NCBI GenBank assembly: GCA_011526565.1
Contig: WYBL01000086.1
Location: 22,219-86,218, forward strand
Source: Acidobacteriota bacterium
GTDB taxonomy: Bacteria; Acidobacteriota; Vicinamibacteria; Fen-336
DNA length: 64,000 bases
Direction: 5' to 3'
Below are positions 36,848 through 46,647 of this stretch, piece by piece; the stretch's first letter is position 1, and each line of letters starts with the position of its first letter. The notes under the pieces were generated by a model. That model saw only the letters and a list, made by a program, of their open reading frames with translations. It was not told the DNA's origin and did not search any database. A program made the translations under genes and the position numbers.

Positions 36848-39775
36848 ATGTTCCACATGCGGTCCGTTCGTTTGGTCGTGCTTCTGGCCCTCGTGGCGCT
36901 GCCCGCGACGAGCCTGTTCGCGCAGCAGACCGGCGCGATCAAGGGCACCGTCACCGCCACCGACGGCTCGGTGCTGCCCGGCGTCACCGTCGAGGCCCGC
37001 TCCGCGGTGCTGCCCAGCCCGCGCGTCACCGTCACCGGCGGCAACGGCGACTACCGCCTGCCGGCGCTGCCGCCGGGCGTCTACGACGTCAAGTTCGAGC
37101 TCTCCGGCATGGCGCCGGTGACCCGCAAGGTCACGGTCGCGCTGGCGCTCGAGACGACCGCCGACGCCAGGCTGAACCTGGCCGGCGTCGAGGAGTCGGT
37201 CACGGTCACGGCCGAGCTGACGCTCGTCGACAAGGACCGGCCGACGATCCAGGCCAACCTCTCGAACGACGAGATCTCCGGCCTCCCGGTCGGCCAGGAG
37301 TACCGCGACCTGCAGAAGCTGATCCCCGGCGTCCAGTACTCCGAGGACCTGGTCCGCGGGCCCTCGGCCGGCGGCTCCGGCCAGGACAACGTCTACCAGT
37401 TCGACGGCGTGAACGTCACGATGCCGCTGTTCGGCACGCTGTCGGCCGAGCCCTCCTCCCAGGACATCGCCCAGGTCACCGTGATCAAGGGCGGCGCCCA
37501 GGCGGTCGACTTCAACCGCGCCGGCGGCTTCCTGATCGACTCGGTCAGCAAGACCGGCACCAGCGAGTTCCACGGCGAGCTCAGCTTCGAGATGCAGAGC
37601 GCCGGCATGACGGGCGACCTGACCGCCGCCAGCGACTCGCGCTACGACGAGGACCGCTCGTGGCTGGCGGCCAGCCTCGGCGGCCCCGTGGTCAAGGACA
37701 AGCTGTACTTCTACGGCTCCTACTACCGGCCCGAGCGCAGCCGCGAGAACCGCGCCAACAACTACGGCGAGCTGCCGAAGTACGAGAGCGTCCGCAACGA
37801 GGGCTTCGGCAAGCTGACCTTCACGCCCAACCAGTCGGTGCTGCTCAACGCGACCTACCGCCACTCGAAGCGCGAGGACACCTCGAGCCTGTTCGGCGCC
37901 AGCTCCTCGGCGACGACCGGCACCGGCGACGAGTCGGTGCAGAAGATCCTGACCCTCGAGGGCTCGTGGGTCGTCAACTCGAAGAGCTACTTCACCGCCA
38001 ACTACACGAACTACGCGCTGGAGACGCTGAGCCGTCCGGACTTCGAGTCGTCCGCGGTCCCGACCTCGGCGATCGGCGCCCGCCTCAACATCAACAGCCT
38101 CGACACCGAGGGCCGGCTGACGGTCCCGTCGCCGATCAGCGGCGCCACCGACTTCAACAACTTCGTCGCGCCGATCATCGCCCGCTACGGCTTCGACCGC
38201 GACGGCAGCAAGGTCGGCGGCGGCATCGTCGGCTACGGCGGCGAGTTCAACGACCAGGACTTCTTCCGCGACGCGCTGCAGCTCGGCTACAACATCACGG
38301 TCGGCTCGAGCCTGATCCACGACCTGCACTTCGGCTTCCAGTGGTCCGAGGACTCCGAGGAACTGGTCCGCAGCTCGAACGGCTGGGGCCTGATCTCGGT
38401 GCCCGGCGGCCGCCTCGCGCCGCCCGTCGCCGGCAACCCGCAGCGCGCGTACTACCAGGCCCGCTACCAGCAGCAGGGTACCGGCCAGGCCGCGCCGATC
38501 ATCTCCTCGTACCGGACGTTCGACCTCGAGTTCAACGACACCATCCGCTGGAAGAAGTGGGCCTTCAACCTCGGCGTGCTGGCCAGCCAGGACACGCTGT
38601 ACGGCCAGGGCCTGCGCGAGGACAGCTCCACGCTGTCGGGCTACGTCTCCGCCCCGGGCAACAAGTACGAGATGTACAAGATCCCGTTCAGCAAGATGAT
38701 CCAGCCCCGGCTCGGCGTGACCTTCACCTACAACGACTCGGACACGATCTACGCGAGCTACGCGAAGTACAACCCGGCGGCCTCGTCGCTGCCGCGCGCG
38801 GCCTCGTGGGACCGCAACCTGATCGGCACCTTCGTCGACGCCTTCTTCGACCAGAACGGCGTGCTGTTCGCGGCCGTCCCGGTCGGCTCCTCCTCGGGCA
38901 AGCTGTTCGTCGAGGACATGACGCCGCGCACGGTCAACGAGTTCCTGATCGGCACCTCGAAGCAGTTCAACCAGAACTTCTCGGGCCGCCTCTACGGCCG
39001 TCACCGCCGCGGCTCGCATTTCTGGGAGGACACCAACAACAACGCCCGCGTCGCGTTCAACCCACCGGCCGGCATCCCGCGCGAGCTCTACATCGCCGAC
39101 CTCGACGCCCGGCGCGCCCAGATCGGCAGCGGCTCCTCCTACGTGATCGCGGAGCTCGACGGCGCCTACACCCGCTTCAACGAGGTGACGCTGGAGGCCG
39201 AGTGGCGTGACGCCAAGACCGTGGTCCGCGGCTCCTACACGTGGAGCGAGTACTACGGCAACTTCGACCAGGACAACTCGACGACGGGCAACGACGCCAA
39301 CATCTTCATCGGCTCGTCGAACATCGCCGACGCGGCCGGCCGCCAGCTCTGGGACTTCAAGGACGGCACGCTGCGCGGCGACCGCCCGCACCTGCTGAAG
39401 GTGTTCGGCTACCGCACGCTGCCGTGGAACGGCATCGTCGGCCTCTTCACGGTGTTCCAGTCGGGCCAGCCGTGGGAGACCTGGAGCTACGAGCCGTACC
39501 GCGCGCTGACCACCTCGACCAGCTCGACCAACCGTTACGCGGAGAAGGCCGGCTCCCGCCGCTCCGACTCGCACTTCCAGATCGACCTGAAGTACATCCA
39601 GAACTTCAAGGTCGGCGGCCGCGCCAACCTGGCGCTCACGGCCGAGCTGTTCAACGTGTTCGACAACCAGACGGGGTACAACATCGACCCCATCTTCAAC
39701 AGCTCGCAGTTCGGACAGCCGCGCAGCTACTACGCCCCGCGGCGGCTGCAGATGACCGGCGCGTTCACGTTCTAG
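36848..39775 (+). CDS. TonB-dependent outer-membrane receptor with N-terminal carboxypeptidase-regulatory-like domain
   Basis: Signal peptide, CarboxypepD_reg-like N-domain (GTVTATDGSVLPGVTVEARS), plug and beta-barrel, C-terminal Phe (GAFTF). Confidence 0.9.
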   Translation: MFHMRSVRLVVLLALVALPATSLFAQQTGAIKGTVTATDGSVLPGVTVEARSAVLPSPRVTVTGGNGDYRLPALPPGVYDVKFELSGMAPVTRKVTVALALETTADARLNLAGVEESVTVTAELTLVDKDRPTIQANLSNDEISGLPVGQEYRDLQKLIPGVQYSEDLVRGPSAGGSGQDNVYQFDGVNVTMPLFGTLSAEPSSQDIAQVTVIKGGAQAVDFNRAGGFLIDSVSKTGTSEFHGELSFEMQSAGMTGDLTAASDSRYDEDRSWLAASLGGPVVKDKLYFYGSYYRPERSRENRANNYGELPKYESVRNEGFGKLTFTPNQSVLLNATYRHSKREDTSSLFGASSSATTGTGDESVQKILTLEGSWVVNSKSYFTANYTNYALETLSRPDFESSAVPTSAIGARLNINSLDTEGRLTVPSPISGATDFNNFVAPIIARYGFDRDGSKVGGGIVGYGGEFNDQDFFRDALQLGYNITVGSSLIHDLHFGFQWSEDSEELVRSSNGWGLISVPGGRLAPPVAGNPQRAYYQARYQQQGTGQAAPIISSYRTFDLEFNDTIRWKKWAFNLGVLASQDTLYGQGLREDSSTLSGYVSAPGNKYEMYKIPFSKMIQPRLGVTFTYNDSDTIYASYAKYNPAASSLPRAASWDRNLIGTFVDAFFDQNGVLFAAVPVGSSSGKLFVEDMTPRTVNEFLIGTSKQFNQNFSGRLYGRHRRGSHFWEDTNNNARVAFNPPAGIPRELYIADLDARRAQIGSGSSYVIAELDGAYTRFNEVTLEAEWRDAKTVVRGSYTWSEYYGNFDQDNSTTGNDANIFIGSSNIADAAGRQLWDFKDGTLRGDRPHLLKVFGYRTLPWNGIVGLFTVFQSGQPWETWSYEPYRALTTSTSSTNRYAEKAGSRRSDSHFQIDLKYIQNFKVGGRANLALTAELFNVFDNQTGYNIDPIFNSSQFGQPRSYYAPRRLQMTGAFTF

Positions 39776-39868
39776 TCGCGCGCTCGTGGCCCCGCGGGGC
39801 CACGGTCGTCGTGACTTTCCGGGCCCGGCGGGCAACCGCCGGGCCCGTTTTCATTAAGATGGGCGGGA

Positions 39869-40771
39869 ATGGACCGGCTCGCCCGCTTCGCGTGGTTCAC
39901 GCTCGCCTACAACATCGCGGTGATCCTGTGGGGCGCCGTCGTGCGCGCGACGGGGTCCGGCGCCGGCTGCGGGGCGCACTGGCCGCTGTGCAACGGCGAG
40001 GTGGTGCCGCGGGCCCCCGCCTTCGAGACGCTCGTCGAGTTCTCCCACCGCGCCACCTCCGGCATCGCCCTGCTCTTCGTGGTGGCACTGCTGGTCGGCG
40101 CCTGGCGCTCGCGGCCGCCGGGCTCGCCGACGCGGCGCGGCGCGGTGGCCTCGATGGTGCTGATGCTGACCGAGGCCGGCGTCGGCGCGGGGCTCGTGCT
40201 GTTCCAGCTCGTCGCCGACAACCAGTCCGTGGCCCGCGCGCTGTTCATGGCCGTGCACCTCGTCAACACCTTCTTCCTGCTGGCCGCGCTGACGCTGACG
40301 GCGCACTGGGCGTCCGGCGGGCGGGCCGTGGCCTTGCGCGGCCGGCCCGGCTCCAGCCTCTACCTGTGGACGATCGCGGGCCTGGTGGTGGCCGGGATGA
40401 GCGGCGCGGTGGCGGCGCTCGGCGACACGCTGTTTCCGTCGATGACGCTGGAGCAGGCGCTGGCCACCGAGGCCTCGGCCACCGCCCACGCCCTGATCCG
40501 CTTGCGCGTGCTGCATCCGATGCTGTCGCTGGCGGCCGCCGTGCTGGTCGCGGTCGCGGCCTGGAGACTGCTGGACGCCTCGCCCGCCTCCCGGTTGTGG
40601 GCCATCGCCTCGTTCGGCCTGTGCGCGCTGCAGCTCGCCGTCGGCGTCGTCAACGTGCTGCTGATGGCGCCGGTGTGGCTGCAGATCGTCCACCTGCTGG
40701 TCGCCGACCTGCTCTGGATCGCCGCGGTGCTGCTCGGCGCCCACGCTTTCGCGGTGGAGGAACGGCCCTGA
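39869..40771 (+). CDS. ctaA: Heme A synthase (COX15/CtaA)
   Basis: CGAHWPLCNG motif, 8 TM helices, conserved His in paired helices. Confidence 0.88.
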   Translation: MDRLARFAWFTLAYNIAVILWGAVVRATGSGAGCGAHWPLCNGEVVPRAPAFETLVEFSHRATSGIALLFVVALLVGAWRSRPPGSPTRRGAVASMVLMLTEAGVGAGLVLFQLVADNQSVARALFMAVHLVNTFFLLAALTLTAHWASGGRAVALRGRPGSSLYLWTIAGLVVAGMSGAVAALGDTLFPSMTLEQALATEASATAHALIRLRVLHPMLSLAAAVLVAVAAWRLLDASPASRLWAIASFGLCALQLAVGVVNVLLMAPVWLQIVHLLVADLLWIAAVLLGAHAFAVEERP

Positions 40772-41793
40772 GCGCGCGCGCCGTCCTGCTCGGCTTCGCC
40801 GCCCTCGCCCTCGGCTGCGCGTCCGCGTCTTCCGGCCCTGCGCCCGCGGCCCCGGAGCGCCCGTGGCCCGTCCGCCCCGAGGAGCGCTCGGGAAGCTGGG
40901 ACGACGGCGCCCCGTGGCGGGCGCAGGTCGCCTGGATCGACCTGCGCGACCCGCGGGTCTCCTTCCACGTGCCGGCGCCACTCGCTCCGGGTTCGCCTGA
41001 CGGCGCCGAGGCTCGCCTGCTGCCGCTGGACCAGTGGGCGGAGGCCGCGAAGCTCGACCTCGCGATCAACGCCAATTTCTTCGCGCGGCTGCCCGGCGCC
41101 GTCGAGCCGCTGCTGGGCTGGACCGAGGGGGAGTGGGTCGACCTGGTCGGCGTCTCGATCTCGGAGGGCAAGGTGGTCTCGCCGCCGCGCGAGCGGCCCG
41201 CGTCTTTCCCGAAGCCGGGCTTCAACGCGACGCCGCCGGCCGACGCCATCCCTTCCCGCGCGCCGGGCACCGGGCTGGACCCGGCGCTGCTGCTGCGCGA
41301 AACGCGGCACGGCGCCGCTGGCGCGGGCGCCTGTCCCTGCGAGGCGACCGTCGCGTATCCCGGTCCGGACGACCTGAAGGGCGTCACCGAGGCCGTTGCG
41401 GGCTACGGCGCGGGGGCCCGCTTCCAGGGCACGCTGCTGGTCGAAGCGGGCGTCAACCGCGGCTCCACCGCCCGCGTGCAGTGGGACAAGCGCCATCCGC
41501 GCACCGCGGTCGGCGTCAGCCGCGACGGCGCGACGCTGGTCGTGGTCGTGCTCGACGGGCGCCAGCCCGGCTGGAGCGCGGGCGCCACGCTGCCCGAGCT
41601 GGCGCGGGTGCTGATCGAGGCCGGAGCCTGGGACGCCGTCGCCCTCGACGGCGGCGGATCCTCCGCGTTGTGGCTGCGCGGCGAAAGCGAGGCCGAGGGC
41701 TCCATTCGCACCCGGCCCAGCGACGGCCGCGTGCGAGCGGTGGGCAACGCGCTCGGCGTGCGCGTCGAGCGCGCGGGGCCCGCGCGACGCTGA
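40768..41793 (+). CDS. Phosphodiester glycosidase (NAGPA/DUF2233) family lipoprotein; apparent CTG start
   Basis: Lipoprotein signal LSARAVLLGFAALALGCASAS at the 5' end, no ATG/GTG/TTG nearby in frame, GGAGG 7 nt upstream of CTG 40768. Confidence 0.65.
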   Translation: MSARAVLLGFAALALGCASASSGPAPAAPERPWPVRPEERSGSWDDGAPWRAQVAWIDLRDPRVSFHVPAPLAPGSPDGAEARLLPLDQWAEAAKLDLAINANFFARLPGAVEPLLGWTEGEWVDLVGVSISEGKVVSPPRERPASFPKPGFNATPPADAIPSRAPGTGLDPALLLRETRHGAAGAGACPCEATVAYPGPDDLKGVTEAVAGYGAGARFQGTLLVEAGVNRGSTARVQWDKRHPRTAVGVSRDGATLVVVVLDGRQPGWSAGATLPELARVLIEAGAWDAVALDGGGSSALWLRGESEAEGSIRTRPSDGRVRAVGNALGVRVERAGPARR

Positions 41794-41813
41794 ACGCCGC
41801 GCTGCGGCGCGTC

Positions 41814-42401
41814 GTGGCGCTGCCGGCCCCGGACGCGGCCCGCGCGCTGCTCGGCCACGTGCTGGTTCGCCGCCTGCCCCGGGGCCGCGAGCTGCGGGCC
41901 CGCATCGTCGAGACCGAGGCCTACCTGCCGGCCGGCGATCCCGCGGCCCACGTGTACCGCGGTCCCACGCCGCGCAACGCGCCGCTCTACGGCCCGACCG
42001 GCAGCGTCTACGTCTACCTCGTCTACGGCGTCCACCACTGCCTGAACGTGGCGGTCGACGCGGAAGGGGTGCCTGGCTGCGTGCTGATCCGCGCCGCCGA
42101 ACCGCTGTCGCCGGAACTCGCGCCCGGCGCGCTCTCGGGTCCGGGTCGGCTGTGCCGTGCGCTGTCCCTCGACACCCGCCACTCCGGATCGCACCTGTGG
42201 CGTGACGATGCGCCGCTGACGCTCGTCGCGGGCCGCGCGCCGCGGACGGTCGTCGCCGCGCGCCGCGTCGGCCTGCGGGTCGGCGTCGAGGCCCTTCTGC
42301 GCTTCTGCGACGCCGAGTCGCCGGCGGTCTCGCGGCCGCGCCCGCCCGGCATGGCCCTTGCGAAAGAAAGAGGCGAACCGAAGCAGGAGGCCTCGAAGTG
42401 A
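41814..42401 (+). CDS. mpg: DNA-3-methyladenine glycosylase (Mpg/AAG family)
   Basis: HVYRGPTPRNAPLYGPTGSVYVYLVYGVHHCLNVAVDAEGVPGCVLIRAAEP core; GTG start assumed. Confidence 0.8.
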   Translation: MALPAPDAARALLGHVLVRRLPRGRELRARIVETEAYLPAGDPAAHVYRGPTPRNAPLYGPTGSVYVYLVYGVHHCLNVAVDAEGVPGCVLIRAAEPLSPELAPGALSGPGRLCRALSLDTRHSGSHLWRDDAPLTLVAGRAPRTVVAARRVGLRVGVEALLRFCDAESPAVSRPRPPGMALAKERGEPKQEASK

Positions 42402-42515
42402 AGAAGACGATGTTCGTGACGCTCGCCGCGCTGACGCTCGGAGGTGCCGCATTCGCGGGCTGGAAGCTGACCCGCCGCAACGGCGCCCGCGCCCTGCCCC
42501 GCCGCGCCGCCTGAA
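42399..42515 (+). CDS. Candidate 38-aa hydrophobic peptide (VKKTMFVTLAALTLGGAAFAGWKLTRRNGARALPRRAA)
   Basis: GTG preceded by AGGAGG at 8-nt spacing; single predicted TM helix; overlaps mpg stop. Confidence 0.3.
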
Positions 42516-42621
42516 GCGTTCCCCCGTCGCTGTGGCGTCGTCGCCGCGCGTGTGGCGACGACGCCACGGGGATCACCAGGGCGTGAATGCAGATGTTCCG
42601 TGATTCTGCGATCATGATCTC

Positions 42622-42858
42622 ATGAGAGCGACGCTGACCATGACGGACCGGGGGGTCGTGACCCTTCCGGCTCGGCTGCGCAAGGCGCTGGCGCTGAAGC
42701 CGGACGAGCCGCTGATCGCCGAGGTCACTGCCCAGGGCCTGCTGTTGCGACCCGCCGTCACGCTGCCGATCGAGGTCTACGACGCCGCGCGCCTCGCCGA
42801 GTTCGAGTCAGAGGAGGCGGACCTCGCGAAGGTCCTCGCGCGCAAGAAGCGGCGCTGA
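42622..42858 (+). CDS. vapB: AbrB/MazE/SpoVT-family antitoxin (VapB-type)
   Basis: 78 aa, swapped-hairpin motif region (GVVTLPARLRKALAL). Confidence 0.75.
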   Translation: MRATLTMTDRGVVTLPARLRKALALKPDEPLIAEVTAQGLLLRPAVTLPIEVYDAARLAEFESEEADLAKVLARKKRR

Positions 42859-42866
42859 GCTCTCGC

Positions 42867-43277
42867 TTGCGGGTCTTCCTCGACGCCAACGTGCTGTTCT
42901 CGGCGGCGGCTCACGACGGCGCCGCGCGTGAACTCTGCAGGCGACTCCACGTCGCGGGACACGAGCTGGTCGCCGACGCCTTCGTGATCGAGGAAGCGCG
43001 CCGCAACCTCGCCGCGAAGGTCGGGGGGGCGACGGCCTGGGAGGCCATCCGCGCCCTGCTTGCCGAGACGCCGGCAGCGACCGCAGACCAGCGTCTTCCT
43101 CCCGAGGCGTCGGGCCTTGCAGAGAAGGATCGCCCGGTACTCGTCGCAGCGATCGTGCACCGCTGCGACTACCTGGTCACGGGTGATCGCACCCATTTCG
43201 GATTCCTGTTCGGGAGAAGGGTCGGCGGCGTCCGCGTCGCGTCGCTGCGTCAGCTCGCCGAGGCCCTGCTCCGCTGA
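42867..43277 (+). CDS. vapC: PIN-domain toxin VapC
   Basis: RVFLDANVLFSA N-terminus, TGD motif near C-terminus; TTG start 8 nt after antitoxin stop. Confidence 0.8.
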   Translation: MRVFLDANVLFSAAAHDGAARELCRRLHVAGHELVADAFVIEEARRNLAAKVGGATAWEAIRALLAETPAATADQRLPPEASGLAEKDRPVLVAAIVHRCDYLVTGDRTHFGFLFGRRVGGVRVASLRQLAEALLR

Positions 43278-43287
43278 TGAGCCGGGC

Positions 43288-44700
43288 TCAGCGGCGGGGT
43301 AGCGTCGCCAGCCGCTCGTAGAGGATCGCCGCCGAGCGCATCACCTTCTTCCAGTCGCCGAGGTGCAGGCTCTCGTTCTCCGAGTGCGCGGCCGAAGGCG
43401 GGTCCTCCACGCCCATCAGCACGCAGGGCGCGCCCAGCGCGTCGGCGAACGGCTTGACGAAGCCGATCGCGCCGCCCGCGCCCATCAGCACGGGCTCCTT
43501 GCCGAAGCCCTCGCGCAGGGCGGAGATCGCCGCCTCGAACGCGGGGCCCTCGGGCTCGCAGCTCCACGCCGACGAGGCGCGCACGAAGCGGGTCGTCACC
43601 TGGACGCCGAAGGGCGGGTCCTGGGTCAGCGCGCGCGCCAGCGCCTTCGCCGCCTTCTTCCCGTCCATGCCGGCGACGGTGCGCAGCGACAGCCGCGCGC
43701 GCGCCGCCTCGATGATCTGGTTCGAGGAGCCGGCGATCGGCCGCGCCTCGAACGCGATCACCGTCAGCGACGGCCGGAACCACAGCTTCTCGTAGGGCGT
43801 CGCCTTCGGGTCGCCCCACAACTTCACGCCCTTGAGCAGGCCGGCCTCGCGGCGGAAGCGGCGCTCGTCGAACGGCAGCGCGTCCATCCGCGCGCGCTCC
43901 TTCTTCGTCGGGCGCGGCACGCCGTCCATCAGGCCCGGCACGTCGAGCGAGCCGTCGGCGCGGGAGAGCCGCGCCAGCAGCCGCGCCAGCACCTGCACGG
44001 GGTCGGGCACCGGGCCGCCCCACATGCCGCTGTGGACGGGCTGCTCGAGCGCCCGCACCTCGACGTCGACCTGGGTCACGCCGCGCAGGCGGTAGGTGAG
44101 CGCGGGCACGCCGGTGTCGAAGTTGGAGGTGTCGGAGAGCACCAGCACGTCGGCGTCGAGGCGCGAGGCGTAGCGCTCGAGGAACTGCGGCAGGTGGGTG
44201 GAGCCGGTCTCCTCTTCGCCTTCGATCAGCACCTTGACGTTGAGCGGCAGCGCGCCGTGCTGTTCCACCCACGCGGCCAGCGCCGCGACGTGGGCGAGGA
44301 AGCCGCCCTTGTCGTCGGCGGCGCCGCGGCCGTAGAGCCGGCCCTTGCGCTCGACGGGTTCGAACGGCGGCGACAGCCACTTCTCGGGCCGGCCCGGCGG
44401 CACCACGTCGTGGTGGCCGTAGACGAGCACCGTCGGTTTGCCGGGGGCGTGCATCCAGTCGGCGTACACGTACGGCGGAACGCCGTCGATCTCGAGCAGC
44501 TCGACGTTGTCGAAGCCGCACTTGCGAAGCAGGGCGGCCGTGGCCTGCGCGGATTCGCGCATGGGTTCGGGAGGGAAGCCGGCGGCGGAGACGCCGGGGA
44601 TGCGGACGAGGTCGCACAGCGTGGACGTCCAGTCGTCGAAGCGGCGATCGAGATGGGCGAGCACGGCTTTGAGGGCGGGGGAGTGATTGATGCGTGCCAT
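43288..44700 (-). CDS. M20-family metallopeptidase (dipeptidase/ArgE/DapE-like)
   Basis: VLVYGHHDVVPP, GRGAADDKGG, EGEEETGS motifs; ATG at 44700; the ORF extension to 45018 runs into repeat copy C. Confidence 0.85.
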   Translation of the reverse strand: MARINHSPALKAVLAHLDRRFDDWTSTLCDLVRIPGVSAAGFPPEPMRESAQATAALLRKCGFDNVELLEIDGVPPYVYADWMHAPGKPTVLVYGHHDVVPPGRPEKWLSPPFEPVERKGRLYGRGAADDKGGFLAHVAALAAWVEQHGALPLNVKVLIEGEEETGSTHLPQFLERYASRLDADVLVLSDTSNFDTGVPALTYRLRGVTQVDVEVRALEQPVHSGMWGGPVPDPVQVLARLLARLSRADGSLDVPGLMDGVPRPTKKERARMDALPFDERRFRREAGLLKGVKLWGDPKATPYEKLWFRPSLTVIAFEARPIAGSSNQIIEAARARLSLRTVAGMDGKKAAKALARALTQDPPFGVQVTTRFVRASSAWSCEPEGPAFEAAISALREGFGKEPVLMGAGGAIGFVKPFADALGAPCVLMGVEDPPSAAHSENESLHLGDWKKVMRSAAILYERLATLPRR

Positions 44701-45057
44701 GAAGGGGAGCGTACCGCCAGAACCCGACCGGCGCAGCCCGGCCGCCCGTGCGCGGTCGGGTACCGCGGCGCACCGCCCCGACTGCGGAGCGGCGAGTGCC
44801 GCGCTCCGTTGCCCCGACCGTGCGCCGGTCGCTTGCCGTGGCGCATCGCCCCGACCGGCGATAGCCCGCCCCGTCCGTTCCAGTCGCGCCGTTTCGCTTC
44901 GACGTCGGCTCACGGTTCGACCCGGCGCTCCGCTGCTCAACCCGGCGGAGCGTTCGTTCGACGTCAGCGCGCGGCGGTACCCGGCCGCGCGCGGTTCGAC
45001 TGGGCGCTCCGACTGCAAACGCCGGAGCGACGGTTCGAAAACGGGCGTGAGGGTGGG
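44701..45057 (+). repeat. Copy C (more diverged) of the GTCGAAC/GTTCGAC-rich repetitive element, intergenic
   Basis: Shares gcgttcgttcgac, gcgcggttcgac, cggttcgaaaacgg blocks with copies A/B; lies between two same-strand genes. Confidence 0.6.
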
Positions 45058-46647
45058 TCAGCGCCCCTTGCGGGTCTCTTCCCACAGCCAGCGTGCGGCT
45101 TCGACGGGGGTGTGCTTGTCCTCGTCGCGGTCGACCATCAGGTTCGCCAGGCGCATGAGATCGACCGGGATGCGGCCCACCAGCGGCGCGAGCGCCCGCA
45201 CGACCCGGGCGTCGCCGGCGGCGCGAGGCGAGAGCAGCAGCACGGCGTCGTAGGGAGGAAACGCCTGCTGCGGGTCGGAGAGCACGGCCAGGTCGAAGGC
45301 CGCGATCCGCCCGTCGCTCGAGAAGGCGGTGATGACGTCCACGTGGCCCTGGCGCACGGCGTCGTACATGAAGGTGGAGTCGAAGCTGACCCGCCCGGCG
45401 AAGTCGAGGCCGTACGTGCGGCGCAAGCGCTGCCACTCGGGGCGGTGGAAGAACTCGTAGTCGCTCCCCAGCTTGAGGCGCGGGGCCGCGCCGGCCAGGT
45501 CGGCCACGCTGCGCACGTTCAACTCGCGGGCGTGGTCGCGGCGCATGGCCAGCGCATAGGTGTTCTCGAAGCCCAGCGCGCCCAGTTGCCGGATGCCGTG
45601 CTCGCGGGCCAGCCAGGCCGCGGTCTGGGCCTCGACCCGCCAGCCCGCCTCGGGCTCCGGGCGCCGCATGTAGTTGGCCCAGATGGTGCCCGTGTAGTCG
45701 ACGTAGACGTCGAGGTCGCCGTTGCGGAGGGCGTCGAAGGCCACGGTCGAGCCCAGGCTGTCCACGCGCTCCACCGGCAGGGCGGCAGCCTCCAGCCGCG
45801 CCCGCAGCAGCGCGGCCAGGATGTACTGCTCGGTGAACGTCTTGCTGCCCACCCGCAGGGGAGCGCTCGCGGCGGGCTCCGACGGCTCGACGCTGCCGCC
45901 CGGCTCGTCCTCCGCGGCCCGGTACGCTCCCGCCGCGCCAGGCGCTCCCGAGAACAGGCGCGGCGCGAGGGCCCCGCCTCCGAAGACGATCGCCAGCCCG
46001 ACGAGGGCGCCCCACTGGCGGGCCCGGCTGCGGCGGACGATGCCCCTCTCGAGCCCGGACAGCAGCAGGTCGAGCGTGACCGCCAGGCTTGCGGCCGCCC
46101 CGCAGCCCACCAGCACCGCGGTCCAGTTGCGGGTCTGCAGCCCCGCGAAGATGTAGTTGCCGAGGCTCGGCTGGCCCACGGGGGTGCTCAGCGTGGCCAC
46201 TCCCACCACCCAGACGGTCGCGGTGCGGATGCCGGCCACGATCACCGGGAGCGCCAGCGGCAGCTCGACCTGTAGCAGCACCTGGAGCGGCGTCATGCCG
46301 ACGCCCACCGCGGCCTCGCGCACGGCCGGGTCGACCTCCAGGATGCCGGTGACGGCGTTCTGCAGGATCGGCAGCACGCTGTAGAGCACGAGCGCCAGCA
46401 GCGCCGGCCAGAACCCGAAGGCCCCCAGCAGCGGGACCATGAGCGCCAGCAGCGCCAGGCTGGGAACCGCCTGGACGACCCCGGCCACCGCCAGCACGGG
46501 CCAGCGCAGGCGCACCACGCGGACGAGGACCAGGGCCAGAGGAAGGCTGATCGCGAGCCCGAGCCCCAGGGCGACGGCGCTGATCACGATGTGCTCGCCG
46601 AACAGCGACGGCAGCCGGGCGAGCTGCAACCGCAGGTTCTCGCTCAC
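45058..46647 (-). CDS. Osmoprotectant-type (glycine betaine/choline, OpuB/ProWX-like) ABC transporter, fused permease and substrate-binding domain
   Basis: N-terminal 6-TM permease with EAA-like region, C-terminal OpuAC-like SBP; 529 aa. Confidence 0.85.
   Translation of the reverse strand: MSENLRLQLARLPSLFGEHIVISAVALGLGLAISLPLALVLVRVVRLRWPVLAVAGVVQAVPSLALLALMVPLLGAFGFWPALLALVLYSVLPILQNAVTGILEVDPAVREAAVGVGMTPLQVLLQVELPLALPVIVAGIRTATVWVVGVATLSTPVGQPSLGNYIFAGLQTRNWTAVLVGCGAAASLAVTLDLLLSGLERGIVRRSRARQWGALVGLAIVFGGGALAPRLFSGAPGAAGAYRAAEDEPGGSVEPSEPAASAPLRVGSKTFTEQYILAALLRARLEAAALPVERVDSLGSTVAFDALRNGDLDVYVDYTGTIWANYMRRPEPEAGWRVEAQTAAWLAREHGIRQLGALGFENTYALAMRRDHARELNVRSVADLAGAAPRLKLGSDYEFFHRPEWQRLRRTYGLDFAGRVSFDSTFMYDAVRQGHVDVITAFSSDGRIAAFDLAVLSDPQQAFPPYDAVLLLSPRAAGDARVVRALAPLVGRIPVDLMRLANLMVDRDEDKHTPVEAARWLWEETRKGR

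Noticed and set aside
36686-39835. 1049-aa minus-strand ORF opposite the TonB-dependent receptor
   Set aside because: It is antisense to a well-supported outer-membrane receptor gene and has no motifs.
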